From sequence record SRR22947725_172: a stretch of 40,922 nucleotides of DNA; one strand, written 5' to 3'. Position 1 is the first letter of the stretch; each line of letters starts with the position of its first letter. The translations under genes and the position numbers were made by a program. Shown piece after piece: positions 1-10,264 of this stretch. A model generated the notes under the pieces. The model was not told the DNA's origin. It ran no database searches and saw nothing but the letters and a program-made list of their open reading frames with translations.

Positions 1-39
1 GCAGTGACTTTGGGGTCGGGACCGGCCGTCTCGCCGTAC

Positions 40-822
40 TCAGCGGGCAGCGTGATGGATCGATGTGCGGAGCCGTGACCAGAGGCGATCGAAGACTGCA
101 ATCGGCTCGGCTGCGCGGCTGGCGTAGGAGTGAATCGATCGTCGTTCGCCGACCGCCTGATTGAAGATCACCCGCTGTGGTACCGATGGCTGCCAGATTG
201 CCGATGAACCGACGATTCGGGTCAATTCAGCGATGCGGCGCTCGGCCTCTGACGACACCGCTGGGACGCGGTTGAGAATGACGCCGGAGAGTTCGAGGTC
301 GGGATTGTGGTCGTCCCAGACGGCGTCGATGGCATCGGCGACGCCGCCGATACCGCGTAATCCAAGGGCAGAGGGTTCGACCACGACGAGCGCGTGGCGC
401 GCTGCGGTGAGCGCGTTCGTCGTGAGATTCCCGAGTGATGGCGGGCAGTCGATCAGAACGACTTCGTAGTCCCCGATGCGATTGGCACCAAGCGCCTTGC
501 GGAGTCGTCCGGCTCGCTTCGACTCTGCTTGCCCGCTCTCGAGGCGTTGGAGATCGGCCGTTGCAGGAACGACGTCGACGAGGTCTGACCAGGCAGACGG
601 CACAATTGCTCGTTTGATGGGCGCCTTTTCAAGCACATCGCCGACGGTGACGCCAACGGAGTTGGGTTCAACCCCCAGTACCCATGAGCTCGAACCCTGC
701 GGATCCAGGTCGATGACCAGGACTCTGCGTCCAGCGGCAGCGGCGGCGGAGGCAAGGCCGAGTGTGACTGTTGTCTTTCCGACACCTCCCTTTTGGTTCA
801 AGACTGCCACCGTGTGCATCAT
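40..822 (-). CDS. ParA/Soj-family ATPase (orphan, no parB in window)
   Basis: Deviant Walker A NQKGGVGKTT, IDLDPQG, LIDCPPSLG motifs; 260 aa. Confidence 0.92.
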   Translation of the reverse strand: MMHTVAVLNQKGGVGKTTVTLGLASAAAAAGRRVLVIDLDPQGSSSWVLGVEPNSVGVTVGDVLEKAPIKRAIVPSAWSDLVDVVPATADLQRLESGQAESKRAGRLRKALGANRIGDYEVVLIDCPPSLGNLTTNALTAARHALVVVEPSALGLRGIGGVADAIDAVWDDHNPDLELSGVILNRVPAVSSEAERRIAELTRIVGSSAIWQPSVPQRVIFNQAVGERRSIHSYASRAAEPIAVFDRLWSRLRTSIHHAAR

Positions 823-928
823 TGTGAATCGATCATACGGGGGTCAGAGTGGTGGAGTGTCCGCGAAATACCAGGACAGGCCGGTACAATCTGGCTCAAT
901 GTCAACTTTCTAGTGTGGGAGCCCTGTC

Positions 929-1120
929 GTGAAGAAGGGTCGTCATCGCCGATTCGAAGAGGCGAGAAAACTTAAGCAGTCCGGACCAGGAGCGTTCGAT
1001 CTCGGCCTCGGTGGCCGCGACGACGCCGTGTCCAGTGACAACGAGTCATCTGGCGATGACGAGTACGCCGAGCTGGCCGCCAAGTACGGCGTCGAGTTCG
1101 ACGACGACGACGACGAGTAG
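929..1120 (+). CDS. Small basic-head/acidic-tail protein, DUF3073 (Rv0810c)-like
   Basis: GGAG SD before GTG; TACAAT at 885-890; ARKLKQSGP resembles DUF3073 ARELKYSSP; acidic DDEYAELAAKY...DDDDDE tail. Confidence 0.55.
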   Translation: MKKGRHRRFEEARKLKQSGPGAFDLGLGGRDDAVSSDNESSGDDEYAELAAKYGVEFDDDDDE

Positions 1121-1148
1121 CTGCGCTTCGCCGTTCTGGTTGGGCGTT

Positions 1149-1925
1149 TCAGCGCCTCACGACGGGATGCGCCAGCGGCACCCACTCGGTCCGTTCCAGC
1201 AGTTGGACCATTTGATCGTAGATCGGCGCGCCAATCAGCTCGACAATTTCGTCGCGGGCTGACCGGTAAAGCGGCTCGCTGCCGACGAAGGCCTCGGGCT
1301 CTTCGGTGCACCACCAGCCGAAGTCTTCGCCCCCTGTTCCCCAGTCGCGGCGTTTCCACTCTCGCAATCGTGACGTGACATGACCTGACTCGTCGTTGGA
1401 ATGTTCGAGCCGCAGTGGGACTTGCCAGCACACCTGCGGCTTCCAGTCCATCATTCGTTCGTCGTGATCATCGGCTGCGATATGCAGCGCGCACCCGGCG
1501 CCGCCTTCGAATCCAGGTCGGTTCAGGAAAATGCAGGCCTTGGTACCTTCGTGACGCACCAGCCGGGTCATGGTGGTCGGATTGCCCTCGTCGTCCGGGT
1601 CGCCGTCACGTAGATAGCCGGGCTGCCCTTTCTTGGTGGTCGCCGCCTTGGCATGGAACTGCATGTGCTTGGGTTCCACACGGTCGAAGTAGGACTTCAC
1701 GTTGTCGACATCGGCTTCATCAACGAAATGGGCGCCGAACGAGCAGCAGCCCTGCATCAACTCCGGGGCAGGTTCGTCGAGGATGCCCTTGCAGCCGCAG
1801 CCGAAGATGCACATGTAGTTGGATCGTAGGTACGTGGCATCGAAGACCCACGTTCGGTGCTCATCAGGGTCGTCGAAGCTGATCCACTCGTGGACATCGA
1901 TGGGCTGCGACTCAGATCCGCTCAC
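1149..1925 (-). CDS. Conserved actinobacterial cysteine-cluster protein (DUF3109/YkgJ-like)
   Basis: CIFGCGC...GCC..GAHF...CIFLNRPGF..GAGCALH...KPQVCWQVP pattern; start moved to GTG 1925 (TAGCTT -10 8 nt upstream) because the longer ORF overlaps alaS. Confidence 0.8.
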   Translation of the reverse strand: MSGSESQPIDVHEWISFDDPDEHRTWVFDATYLRSNYMCIFGCGCKGILDEPAPELMQGCCSFGAHFVDEADVDNVKSYFDRVEPKHMQFHAKAATTKKGQPGYLRDGDPDDEGNPTTMTRLVRHEGTKACIFLNRPGFEGGAGCALHIAADDHDERMMDWKPQVCWQVPLRLEHSNDESGHVTSRLREWKRRDWGTGGEDFGWWCTEEPEAFVGSEPLYRSARDEIVELIGAPIYDQMVQLLERTEWVPLAHPVVRR

Positions 1926-2016
1926 GGCGATGCAAGCTACTGCCAGAACGCGGGTGCAACCCATCCGTATACCTTCCACGTTGCTTGATGGGTCGCTCGG
2001 TAGGATCGGCGGCGAT

Positions 2017-4659
2017 ATGACGAGCACTTTCGAGGGCCAGATGACGGCCGACCAGTTGCGCGACACCTTCACGGGCTTCTTCGCGGCAAAGGACCACACC
2101 GTCGTGCAATCGGCGAGTCTCATTCCGCACGACCCGACGGTGCTGTTCAACGTTGCTGGCATGGTTCCGTTCAAGGACTACTTCGTCGGCAACGAGCAGC
2201 CGCCGTTCAAGCGGGCGACCGCCTCGCAGAAGTGTGCCCGCGCTGGCGGCAAGCACAATGACCTCGACGACGTCGGCCGGACGAAGCGACATCTCGTGTT
2301 CTTCGAGATGCTTGGCAACTTCAGCTTTGGCGATTACTTCAAAGAGGCAGCGATTCCCTACGCCTGGGACCTGATGACCGAATCGGTCGAACAAGGCGGC
2401 CTCGGCTTCGATGGCGACAAGTTGTGGATCACGGTCCACGAGTCTGACGATGAAGCGGAGCACATTTGGCACGAGCAAGTTGGGGTGCCGATGGAGCGCA
2501 TCCAACGATTGGGTGACAAGGACAACTACTGGCAGATGGGCGACACCGGCCCCTGCGGGCCGTGCAGCGAGATCCACATCGATCGGGGTCCCGAATTCGG
2601 CCCGGACGGTGGCCCACTGCTCGACCCGACCGGGGATCGTTTCATGGAACTCTGGAACCTCGTGTTCATGCAGTTCAACCAGTCGGCTGACGGGATGCGC
2701 ACGGCACTCCCCAAGCCGTCGATCGACACCGGAGCCGGCCTCGAACGCATCCTGGCCCTGAAGCAGGGAGTCGACTCGGTCTGGGAGACCGATCTGATGC
2801 AACCGTTGATCGACGAGGCGCAGTCGATCACCGGACACAAGTACATCGTGGGCGACTACGACGACCGTGCGAGCTTTGCGATGCGCGTGCTCGCCGAGCA
2901 TGCCCGCTCCAGCACGATGCTGGTCAACGACGGCGTGTTCCCCTCGAATGAGGCGCGCGGCTACGTGCTGCGCCGAATCATCCGTCGAGCTGTGCGTTTC
3001 GCGTACCTGCTGGGCACGGACAAGCTCGTCATGCCACGCCTGGTCGAGGTTGCCGGCAACGTCATGGGGCAGGCCTACCCGGACGTCACCAAGAACATGG
3101 GCTTCATTACCGACGTCATCGGCAAGGAGGAAGAACGCTTCCGTCACACGCTGAAGAACGGTCTGGCCATCCTTGATGGCGAGCTCAATGATGACACCGA
3201 CAAACTCTCGGGTTCGACCGCGTTCCTGCTGCACGACACCTACGGTTTCCCGCTCGAACTCACACAGGAAATCGCGAGCGAACGCAGCATCGACGTCGAC
3301 CTTGATGGTTTCAACGCCGATATGACCGCCCAGCGGCAACGCGCCAAGGCTGCCCAGAAGGGCGGCGCTGACGCTGGTGCAATCGAGGGCTTCCGTGACG
3401 TGCTCGACCAGTTCGGAGTCACTGAGTTCGTCGGCTACACCGACGACTTCGCAGACTGCCGCGTGCTTGCGATTCTCGACGGTCCCGCTGATGCCGACGG
3501 CAACGCAACGGTCGACATTTTTGTTGACCGCACGCCGTTTTACGCGGAATCAGGTGGACAGATCGGCGACACCGGCACGATCACCACCGATACGGGCACA
3601 GCAACGGTGCTCGACACCACGTTCGCACTGCCGAACCTGCGGCGCCACAATGCGCGTGTCACCGACGGCACCGTGAGCGTGGGGCAGACCGGCACGGCGT
3701 CCATCGATGTCCTGCGTCGCGATGCCATTCGCCGCAACCACACCGCCACGCACCTGTTGCACTACGCGCTGCGCCACGTGCTCGGCGAGCACGTCAAGCA
3801 GGCCGGGTCAATGGTCGGTCCCGACCGGCTTCGTTTCGACTTCTCGCACTACGACGCGGTGACACCGGCGCAGATCAAGCAGATCGAGGACATCGCCAAC
3901 CACGAGACGTTGGGCAACATGCCGACGCGCATCTTCGAGACGACCAAGGACGAAGCCGAGGCGCTCGGTGCGATTGCGTTCTTCGGTGACAAGTACGGCG
4001 ACATCGTTCGAGTGCTGGAGGCGGGCTCGACGATCGAACTGTGTGGCGGTACTCACGTTCGCGCAACTGGCGACATCGGGACGATCAAGGTGGTCAGCGA
4101 GTCGTCGATCGGTTCGAACCTTCGTCGGATCGAGGCGGTCAGCGGTGACGCCAGCGTCGCACTGCTCCAGCGCGACGAATCGCTCATTTCCGAGGTGGCG
4201 CAGATGGTCGGTACGCAAGCCGACGACTTACTCGGAGGCGTGCAGCGCAAGCTCGACGAGGTCAAGGGTCTCCAAGATGAGATCAAGGCGTTGCGATCCC
4301 AGCTCGCTGCGGGTCGGGCGAGCGAACTCGCCGATATTGCCGTGGAAGGCGTGGTCGTGACACAGGTCGACGGGTTGTCACCAGGCGATTTGCGTGAATT
4401 GGCCATCGCCGTGCGCCAGACGCCGGGGATTGAGGTGGTCGTGTTGGTCGGCGAGACCGACACGGGCGGTGTGTCGCTTGTGGGCGCAGTCGCACCAGGC
4501 AACCCGAAACCTGCGTCGCTGCTGATCAAAGACGCCGCGCGTGCCGTTGGCGGCGGGGGCGGCGGCAAGGGCGACATCGCGACAGCAGGCGGCAAAGATC
4601 CGTCCGGCATCGCGGAGGCCCTGCGCATCGCTGCGGAGGCCGTTCCCCAAGTGCTGTGA
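2017..4659 (+). CDS. alaS: Alanine--tRNA ligase
   Basis: FNVAGMVPFK, FFEMLGNFSFGDYFK, GPCGPCSE, IDTGAGLER; editing HTATH and ELCGGTH; C-terminal GGGGGG DHHA1; start 2017 or 2041. Confidence 0.98.
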   Translation: MTSTFEGQMTADQLRDTFTGFFAAKDHTVVQSASLIPHDPTVLFNVAGMVPFKDYFVGNEQPPFKRATASQKCARAGGKHNDLDDVGRTKRHLVFFEMLGNFSFGDYFKEAAIPYAWDLMTESVEQGGLGFDGDKLWITVHESDDEAEHIWHEQVGVPMERIQRLGDKDNYWQMGDTGPCGPCSEIHIDRGPEFGPDGGPLLDPTGDRFMELWNLVFMQFNQSADGMRTALPKPSIDTGAGLERILALKQGVDSVWETDLMQPLIDEAQSITGHKYIVGDYDDRASFAMRVLAEHARSSTMLVNDGVFPSNEARGYVLRRIIRRAVRFAYLLGTDKLVMPRLVEVAGNVMGQAYPDVTKNMGFITDVIGKEEERFRHTLKNGLAILDGELNDDTDKLSGSTAFLLHDTYGFPLELTQEIASERSIDVDLDGFNADMTAQRQRAKAAQKGGADAGAIEGFRDVLDQFGVTEFVGYTDDFADCRVLAILDGPADADGNATVDIFVDRTPFYAESGGQIGDTGTITTDTGTATVLDTTFALPNLRRHNARVTDGTVSVGQTGTASIDVLRRDAIRRNHTATHLLHYALRHVLGEHVKQAGSMVGPDRLRFDFSHYDAVTPAQIKQIEDIANHETLGNMPTRIFETTKDEAEALGAIAFFGDKYGDIVRVLEAGSTIELCGGTHVRATGDIGTIKVVSESSIGSNLRRIEAVSGDASVALLQRDESLISEVAQMVGTQADDLLGGVQRKLDEVKGLQDEIKALRSQLAAGRASELADIAVEGVVVTQVDGLSPGDLRELAIAVRQTPGIEVVVLVGETDTGGVSLVGAVAPGNPKPASLLIKDAARAVGGGGGGKGDIATAGGKDPSGIAEALRIAAEAVPQVL

Positions 4660-4669
4660 TCGGGCTCCT

Positions 4670-5128
4670 ATGAACGGCTCGGAGCGTGTCCCCGGCGTCC
4701 GGGCGCTCGGAGTCGATCTCGGCTCCAAGCGTGTCGGCATCGCTGTCAGCGATTTGTCCGGCACGATCGCGTCGGCCCTCACCACCGTGTATCGGTCGAA
4801 GTCACGACGGCATGATCATGCCGAGATCGCGCGGCTGGTCAAGATCGAGGAGTGTGATGTCGTGGTGGTTGGCTTGCCACTGTCGCTTGATGGATCGGAG
4901 GGACCAGCAGCCCGGGGTGCCACCAAGGAGGCGAAACAGCTCGCTACCGTTGTCGGCGTGCCTGTGGAGATGTATGACGAGCGCTTCACCACGGTGACGG
5001 CCGAACAGGCAATGCGTGAAGCTGGTCTCAGCGGCCAGCGGCAGCGCAAAATTGTGGACAAGATGGCTGCTGCGGTGATGCTCCAAGCATGGCTTGACCA
5101 CCGTCGGAACACATGGGGGAGATCATGA
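4670..5128 (+). CDS. ruvX: Holliday junction resolvase-like / pre-16S rRNA nuclease YqgF
   Basis: ALGVDLGSKRVGIAVSD, VVGLP, DERFTT, DKMAA; canonical alaS-ruvX-mltG order. Confidence 0.95.
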   Translation: MNGSERVPGVRALGVDLGSKRVGIAVSDLSGTIASALTTVYRSKSRRHDHAEIARLVKIEECDVVVVGLPLSLDGSEGPAARGATKEAKQLATVVGVPVEMYDERFTTVTAEQAMREAGLSGQRQRKIVDKMAAAVMLQAWLDHRRNTWGRS

Positions 5129-6369
5129 CGCAGCTTGATCCGCTGCTGCCCGAGGCGCAGGTCGACCCTGACAATCGGCCGGCGATGGACTGGCCGACCG
5201 ATCCCTGGGACTCCACTGACCAAACCGGGCAGGTGGAACGGCTTCGCCGGCAGACGCGGCCGCTGAAATGGCTCGCATACACCTCCATGGTGTTGGTCCT
5301 CGTCCTGATCCTCATTGCCGGCTTGGTCGGTTGGTGGTACCTCGGCAAGATCAACCCGGCCGGTGACCCAGGAGAGCTGCAGAACTTTGAGATCGCGCAA
5401 GACGCGACCTTCGAGTCGTTGACCGAACAACTTGTCGAGGACGGTTTCATTTCCGACGCTGCGGTGTGGTCGCGCTACGTCGAACGAGACGATGACGGTC
5501 TTGAGATCATCCCCGGCTTCTATCAACTCCGGGCCAACGATCACATGGGCAACGTGCTGGCACGCCTCAAGACACCGCCAGCTCAGACCACGACGAATGT
5601 CACGTTTCCTGAGGGCTTTACGATCGATCGCATGGGTCGACGCGTCGACGCTGTGGTCGAGCGGATGGACGAAGCCGAATTCATTGCGGCGGCGACTGCG
5701 CCGAATGTGGCGACCAAATGGCTGCCCTTCGGAACGGGCAGCCTCGAAGGGTTGCTGTTCCCCGACACCTATTCGGTGTCGAACGCCGAATCCGAGGCCC
5801 AATTGCTCGATCGCATGGTCGGCCTCATGGAGCGCGTTGGCGAACAGGAAGACATCGAGTCGAAGGCAGCACAGCTGGGCTACACCCCCTATGAAGCGCT
5901 GATCGTCGCGTCGATGATCGAACGCGAGGCCGCTGTTCCCGAGGATCGAGCGAAGATCTCCCGCGTCATCCTCAATCGGCTGGCGGTGAGTCGGCTCAAC
6001 CCGGATGATCCGTTCCTCCTCCAAATCGATGCGTCGGTGTACTACGGCCGTGATCAAACCAATGGCGACCCGAACCTGGACTTCAGCCAACTCCGTCAAA
6101 TCGATACGCCGTGGAATACGTACACCCGACCGGGCTTGCCGCGAACGCCGATTGCAAACCCAGGACGCGCGTCGATCAGAGCCGCGCTGAATCCGGCTGC
6201 GAACCCAGCGCCAGGCGATCCCATTTGTCAGGATCTGGCGAATCCGTCGGAGTGCTACTACTTCTTCTACGTGCTCGCTGATGAGGACGGCAGTCACGCA
6301 TTTTCGGCAACCTTCGAGCAACACGAGGCGAATATTGCCCGGTATGCCGACGTCGAATTTGGTGGATGA
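5125..6369 (+). CDS. mltG: Endolytic transglycosylase MltG
   Basis: Single N-terminal TM helix; FPEG, LEGLLFPDTY, ASMIERE catalytic Glu, LQIDAS, PWNTY..PGLP.TPIANPG; ATGA overlap with ruvX. Confidence 0.95.
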   Translation: MTQLDPLLPEAQVDPDNRPAMDWPTDPWDSTDQTGQVERLRRQTRPLKWLAYTSMVLVLVLILIAGLVGWWYLGKINPAGDPGELQNFEIAQDATFESLTEQLVEDGFISDAAVWSRYVERDDDGLEIIPGFYQLRANDHMGNVLARLKTPPAQTTTNVTFPEGFTIDRMGRRVDAVVERMDEAEFIAAATAPNVATKWLPFGTGSLEGLLFPDTYSVSNAESEAQLLDRMVGLMERVGEQEDIESKAAQLGYTPYEALIVASMIEREAAVPEDRAKISRVILNRLAVSRLNPDDPFLLQIDASVYYGRDQTNGDPNLDFSQLRQIDTPWNTYTRPGLPRTPIANPGRASIRAALNPAANPAPGDPICQDLANPSECYYFFYVLADEDGSHAFSATFEQHEANIARYADVEFGG

Positions 6370-7232
6370 TGATGATGGTGCAGCACGCCGGACCACGCAT
6401 TGCGGCAGTCATCGGTTCGCCGGTGACGCACAGCCTGTCGCCCGTCATCCATCAGGCGGCGTTCGACTCTGCCGGCGTTGACTGGGTGTACACGGCGTTC
6501 GACATCGCCCGGGGGAGCGCTGAGGAGGCAATCAGCGCGATGCGCGTCCTCGGTCTGGCTGGGCTGTCGGTCACGATGCCGCACAAGTCCGATGTCGCTC
6601 GACTCGTCGATCGCCTCGAGCCAGCGGCTCGGGCACTCGATGCGGTAAATACAGTGAGTTGGGATGGTGTCGAACTCGTGGGTTCGAGCACCGACGGGGC
6701 TGGATTTGTCGCCTCGCTTGCCGAGGCAGGTGTCGATGTCACCGATGCTCGTGTTGCTGTGATCGGAGCCGGGGGCGCGGCGCGATCGGTGATCGACGCA
6801 CTCGGCCGCGCCGGCGCCGCCGACATCACGGTGCTCAATCGCACGCAGGATCGTGCCGAACAGGCCGCAACGCTGTCACCAGCAGCATCTGTCGGGATCG
6901 TCAGTGATGTGACGCGAGCGGACATCGTCATCAACGCAACAAGTGTGGGGATGGGCATCGAGCCAGACGGTGCGAACTCCGCCGACATGGCGTGTGACCC
7001 CAGCCTGCTGCGTGCTGGACAGATCGTCGCTGATCTGGTGTATCACCCCCTTGAAACTGCGTGGATGTGTGCCGCGGTTGACATTGGCGCAACGACGATC
7101 GATGGACTCGGCATGCTCGTCCATCAGGCAGCGCTGCAGCAGGAGCGTTGGCTCGGCCATCGTCCTGACACTGCGCCAATGCGGGCGGCGGCTGTGACTG
7201 AACTCGCTGCTCGGCGAAACGCTCCCAGATAG
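6366..7232 (+). CDS. aroE: Shikimate dehydrogenase
   Basis: GSPVTHSLSP.IH, SVTMPHK, AVNT, GAGGAAR, DLVYHP, GLGMLVHQA. Confidence 0.96.
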   Translation: MMMMVQHAGPRIAAVIGSPVTHSLSPVIHQAAFDSAGVDWVYTAFDIARGSAEEAISAMRVLGLAGLSVTMPHKSDVARLVDRLEPAARALDAVNTVSWDGVELVGSSTDGAGFVASLAEAGVDVTDARVAVIGAGGAARSVIDALGRAGAADITVLNRTQDRAEQAATLSPAASVGIVSDVTRADIVINATSVGMGIEPDGANSADMACDPSLLRAGQIVADLVYHPLETAWMCAAVDIGATTIDGLGMLVHQAALQQERWLGHRPDTAPMRAAAVTELAARRNAPR

Positions 7233-7241
7233 CCTGACCAG
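7230..7241 (+). promoter_or_regulatory. Putative leaderless -10 element for aroC overlapping the aroE stop
   Basis: TAGCCT (7230-7235) + 6 nt + ATG 7242; no SD present. Confidence 0.5.
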
Positions 7242-8408
7242 ATGCTTCGCTATCTCACCGCCGGTGAAAGCCATGGTCAGGGCCTCGTGGTCATCATGGA
7301 AGGCCTGCCCGCCGGCCTCGAGATCACGGTCGAGGAGATCCAGGCCGAGATGGGCCGCCGCCGGCTTGGATATGGCCGGGGCCCGCGGCAGCGTTTTGAG
7401 GCTGACGAGCTCACGCTGATCGGTGGCGTCCGCCATGGGCGCACCCTCGGGTCTCCGGTCGCGATTGAGATCAAAAACAGCGAGTGGTTCCGCAGCGACA
7501 AGTGGCACGACGAGATGTCGCCGGCCCCAGGCGCAACGAAGGACCCGCTGACACAGGTCCGGCCGGGCCACGCAGACCTGGCGGGCATGCAGAAGTACGG
7601 CTTCACTGATGCTCGTGACGTGCTCGAACGAGCCAGCGCCCGAGAGACTGCAGCGCGCGTCGCTGCTGGCGCAGTTGCCAAGAAACTGCTCAAGGCACTC
7701 GACATTGAAGTGATCTCGCACGTCATCCAGATGGGCGACGCCCGAGTCCCGTCGTCTGCTGCTCGCCCGACGCCGAGTGAGCTCCATCGAGTGGACGAGA
7801 ACCAGGTGCGCTGCTTCGACGCCGACGCATCCGAGGCAATGATCGCTGCCATCAAGGCTGCCGCGAAGCAAGGCGACTCGCTCGGCGGCGTCGTCGAAGT
7901 GTTGGCATTTGGGGTGCCTGTTGGGCTCGGCAGCCACGTCCACTGGGACCGCAAGATCGACGCCGCCTTTGCGCAGGCCGTGATGAGCATTCAGGCGGTG
8001 AAGGGCGTCGAGATCGGAGACGGTTTTGAGGTTGCCGGGCGGCGGGGAAGTGCCGCTCACGACCCGATCAGCTGGGATTCCGACGCAAACGAATACCGGC
8101 GAGGCAGCACACTGGCCGGAGGTACCGAGGGCGGGATGACCACCGGCGAACTCGTGGTCGTGCGTGCAGCGATGAAGCCACTCGCCACGCTGAACAAGCC
8201 CACCCTTGAAACCGTCGACACCGCTACCAAAGAATCAGGCGTCTCGTTCAAGGAACGCACCGACGTGACGGCGGTTCCAGCGATGGGTGTCGTTGCCGAG
8301 ACCATGGTGTCACTGGTGCTGGCAACCGAAGCTCAGCGCAAGTTCGGCGGCGACTCGATGGACGAGTTTGTGCGTAATGCCGAGTCTTTCAGCGCCAACT
8401 TGTCGTGA
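7242..8408 (+). CDS. aroC: Chorismate synthase
   Basis: TAGESHG, RPGHAD, ERASARET, GDSLGG, GGTEGGMT, MKP, ERTD signatures. Confidence 0.98.
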   Translation: MLRYLTAGESHGQGLVVIMEGLPAGLEITVEEIQAEMGRRRLGYGRGPRQRFEADELTLIGGVRHGRTLGSPVAIEIKNSEWFRSDKWHDEMSPAPGATKDPLTQVRPGHADLAGMQKYGFTDARDVLERASARETAARVAAGAVAKKLLKALDIEVISHVIQMGDARVPSSAARPTPSELHRVDENQVRCFDADASEAMIAAIKAAAKQGDSLGGVVEVLAFGVPVGLGSHVHWDRKIDAAFAQAVMSIQAVKGVEIGDGFEVAGRRGSAAHDPISWDSDANEYRRGSTLAGGTEGGMTTGELVVVRAAMKPLATLNKPTLETVDTATKESGVSFKERTDVTAVPAMGVVAETMVSLVLATEAQRKFGGDSMDEFVRNAESFSANLS

Positions 8409-8926
8409 GCGGCTGCGGCGCGAAGCACCTGGTGCTGGTCGGGATGATGGGCGCAGGTAAGTCCTCGGTTGGACGCGTGCTGGCGCGCAAGCTCGACCGC
8501 CCGTTGCTCGATTCCGATGAACTGATCGAACAGCAGACCGGCCGAACCGTTCGGGAGATCTGGATGACGGACGGCGAGGCAGCGTTTCGCGAGATGGAGA
8601 CGGGGACACTCGTTGATGCGCTCAACGATGACGAGCCCTCGGTGGTGGCTGCTGCAGGTGGTGTGGTGCTTTCGGCGGCGAATCGGACCGCACTTGCAGA
8701 GAGCGATGCCCATGTGGTGTGGCTGCTCGCGAACGTGGACGTGCTGATCGATCGAGTCAAGAACGGTGCGCATCGGCCGCTCCTCGACGACGACCCCGAG
8801 GTGATGTTGCGTGCGATGCACCAGGATCGTGACGAGCTGTATCGCGAGGTCGCCGACGCCATCGTGTCGGTCGACAATCGATCGGTGCACGACGTGGCCC
8901 AGGCGGTGCTTCGATGCGCCGGCTGA
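8405..8926 (+). CDS. aroK: Shikimate kinase
   Basis: GMMGAGKS P-loop, GEAAFREME, GGGVV, RPLL; GTGA overlap with aroC. Confidence 0.95.
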   Translation: MSGCGAKHLVLVGMMGAGKSSVGRVLARKLDRPLLDSDELIEQQTGRTVREIWMTDGEAAFREMETGTLVDALNDDEPSVVAAAGGVVLSAANRTALAESDAHVVWLLANVDVLIDRVKNGAHRPLLDDDPEVMLRAMHQDRDELYREVADAIVSVDNRSVHDVAQAVLRCAG

Positions 8927-9927
8927 ACGTTCCTCTCGGTGACCGCAGCTATGACGTCGTGGTTGGTCGGGGCGTGGCGGCCGAACTCGCGTCGTTGCTT
9001 CCGGCGACTGCGCAGCGGGCCGCGGTGATCACCCAGGACGGTATTCCTGCAGAGATCGTCCTTCCTGGCCTCGACGTTGAAACGTTCGTCATCGGTCAGG
9101 GTGAGGGTGCCAAGACGCTCCGCACCATCGAGACGCTGGTACGCGGGTTTGCAGAAATGGGCCTGACTCGGAACGACGTGGTGATTGGTGTTGGCGGTGG
9201 CATGGTCACCGATGTGGCGGGGTTTGCGGCGTCGACGTGGCACCGGGGCGTCCCCGTCGTGCATGTGTCAACGAGCCTGCTCGGCATGGTTGATGCTGCG
9301 ATTGGTGGCAAGACCGGCGTCAACTTGCCTGAAGGCAAGAATCTCGTCGGCGCGTATTGGCAGCCAACCGGTGTGTTGTGTGATCTTGACTTTCTCGACA
9401 CGCTGCCGCCGCGCGAGATGCGCTGTGGTCTCGGCGAGATGGCGAAGTATCACTTCCTCACCGGCGATGACCTCTTGGCGATGGATCTCGAAGAGCGCGT
9501 CGCCCGGTGTATCGAGATCAAGGCCGAGGTCGTGGCATCGGACGAACGCGAAGGCGGCCGGCGCGCGCTGCTCAACTATGGGCACACATTTGCCCACGCC
9601 CTCGAGATCGCCACGCAACACGGACTGGCGCACGGTGAGGCCGTCGCCGTCGGTCTGATCTATGCCGCCGAGTTGGGGTTCGAGTTGGGTCGCATCGACG
9701 CTGCCCGAGTCCAAGAGCATCGGGCCGTGGTCGCAGGCGAGTACGACCTGATGGCCAACCCGCCGCTCGGCCTCGATGCCGATGAGCTTGTGTCGCTGAT
9801 GTATCGCGACAAGAAGGCTGTGGGCTTGGGCCTGACCTTCGTGCTCGACGGTCCCGCTGGTCTTGAAGTGGTTTCAGGCGTCGGCGAGACACAGGTTCGC
9901 GCCGCAATGGCGCGCATCCTAGGCTGA
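8914..9927 (+). CDS. aroB: 3-dehydroquinate synthase
   Basis: GGGMVTDVAGF, VDAAIGGKTGVN, KNLVGAYWQP, LNYGHTFAHALE, HGEAVAVG. Confidence 0.97.
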   Translation: MRRLNVPLGDRSYDVVVGRGVAAELASLLPATAQRAAVITQDGIPAEIVLPGLDVETFVIGQGEGAKTLRTIETLVRGFAEMGLTRNDVVIGVGGGMVTDVAGFAASTWHRGVPVVHVSTSLLGMVDAAIGGKTGVNLPEGKNLVGAYWQPTGVLCDLDFLDTLPPREMRCGLGEMAKYHFLTGDDLLAMDLEERVARCIEIKAEVVASDEREGGRRALLNYGHTFAHALEIATQHGLAHGEAVAVGLIYAAELGFELGRIDAARVQEHRAVVAGEYDLMANPPLGLDADELVSLMYRDKKAVGLGLTFVLDGPAGLEVVSGVGETQVRAAMARILG

Positions 9928-9964
9928 ACATCGACTCCGGAGGCCTGATGTTCAAAGCATCCCA

Positions 9965-10000
9965 GATTGACGGGCTCGACAGGATTGACGGGATCGACAG
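9965..10000. repeat. 18-bp tandem repeat, 2 copies
   Basis: GATTGACGGGCTCGACAG / GATTGACGGGATCGACAG (1 mismatch). Confidence 0.85.
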
Positions 10001-10264
10001 GTTCGCCGACGATGGTCGACGGCTGGGTCGGGCGGTTGGTAACTGAATCTGGCGTCAGGCAGGGACGAACGCCCGGGGGGCGCCCGTCGGTTGGCCTGAG
10101 GCTGGCCGAAAACGGCTCGAGGTTGGTCGAGAGGTAGGCATGAGGTTCGAGCCCGAAAGCCCCGCATGCCAACCGCCCCCGATACCAAACACTTGTTGGA
10201 GTGCCTACTGAGGGGGGGGGGTGCCACCACCGGCCTGGGTGCCTGCAGGCTCGGGCTACGGGGT

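Noticed and set aside
899-913. Leaderless micro-ORF MSTF in frame with the 929 gene
   Set aside because: The downstream gene has its own SD; four codons are indistinguishable from chance
6365-6380. ATG x4 run at the mltG/aroE junction
   Set aside because: Triplet repeat that preserves frame; it only makes the aroE start ambiguous
1912-9720. Long antisense ORFs (1912-3339, 4816-6396, 6876-8060, 8389-9264 and similar ones elsewhere)
   Set aside because: Shadows of well-supported genes in high-GC DNA; no recognisable motifs
10185-10200. Degenerate SOS box CCAAACACTTGTTGGA beside the G10 run
   Set aside because: 3 of 12 consensus positions mismatch and there is no credible downstream gene; phase variation at the G run is likewise unsupported
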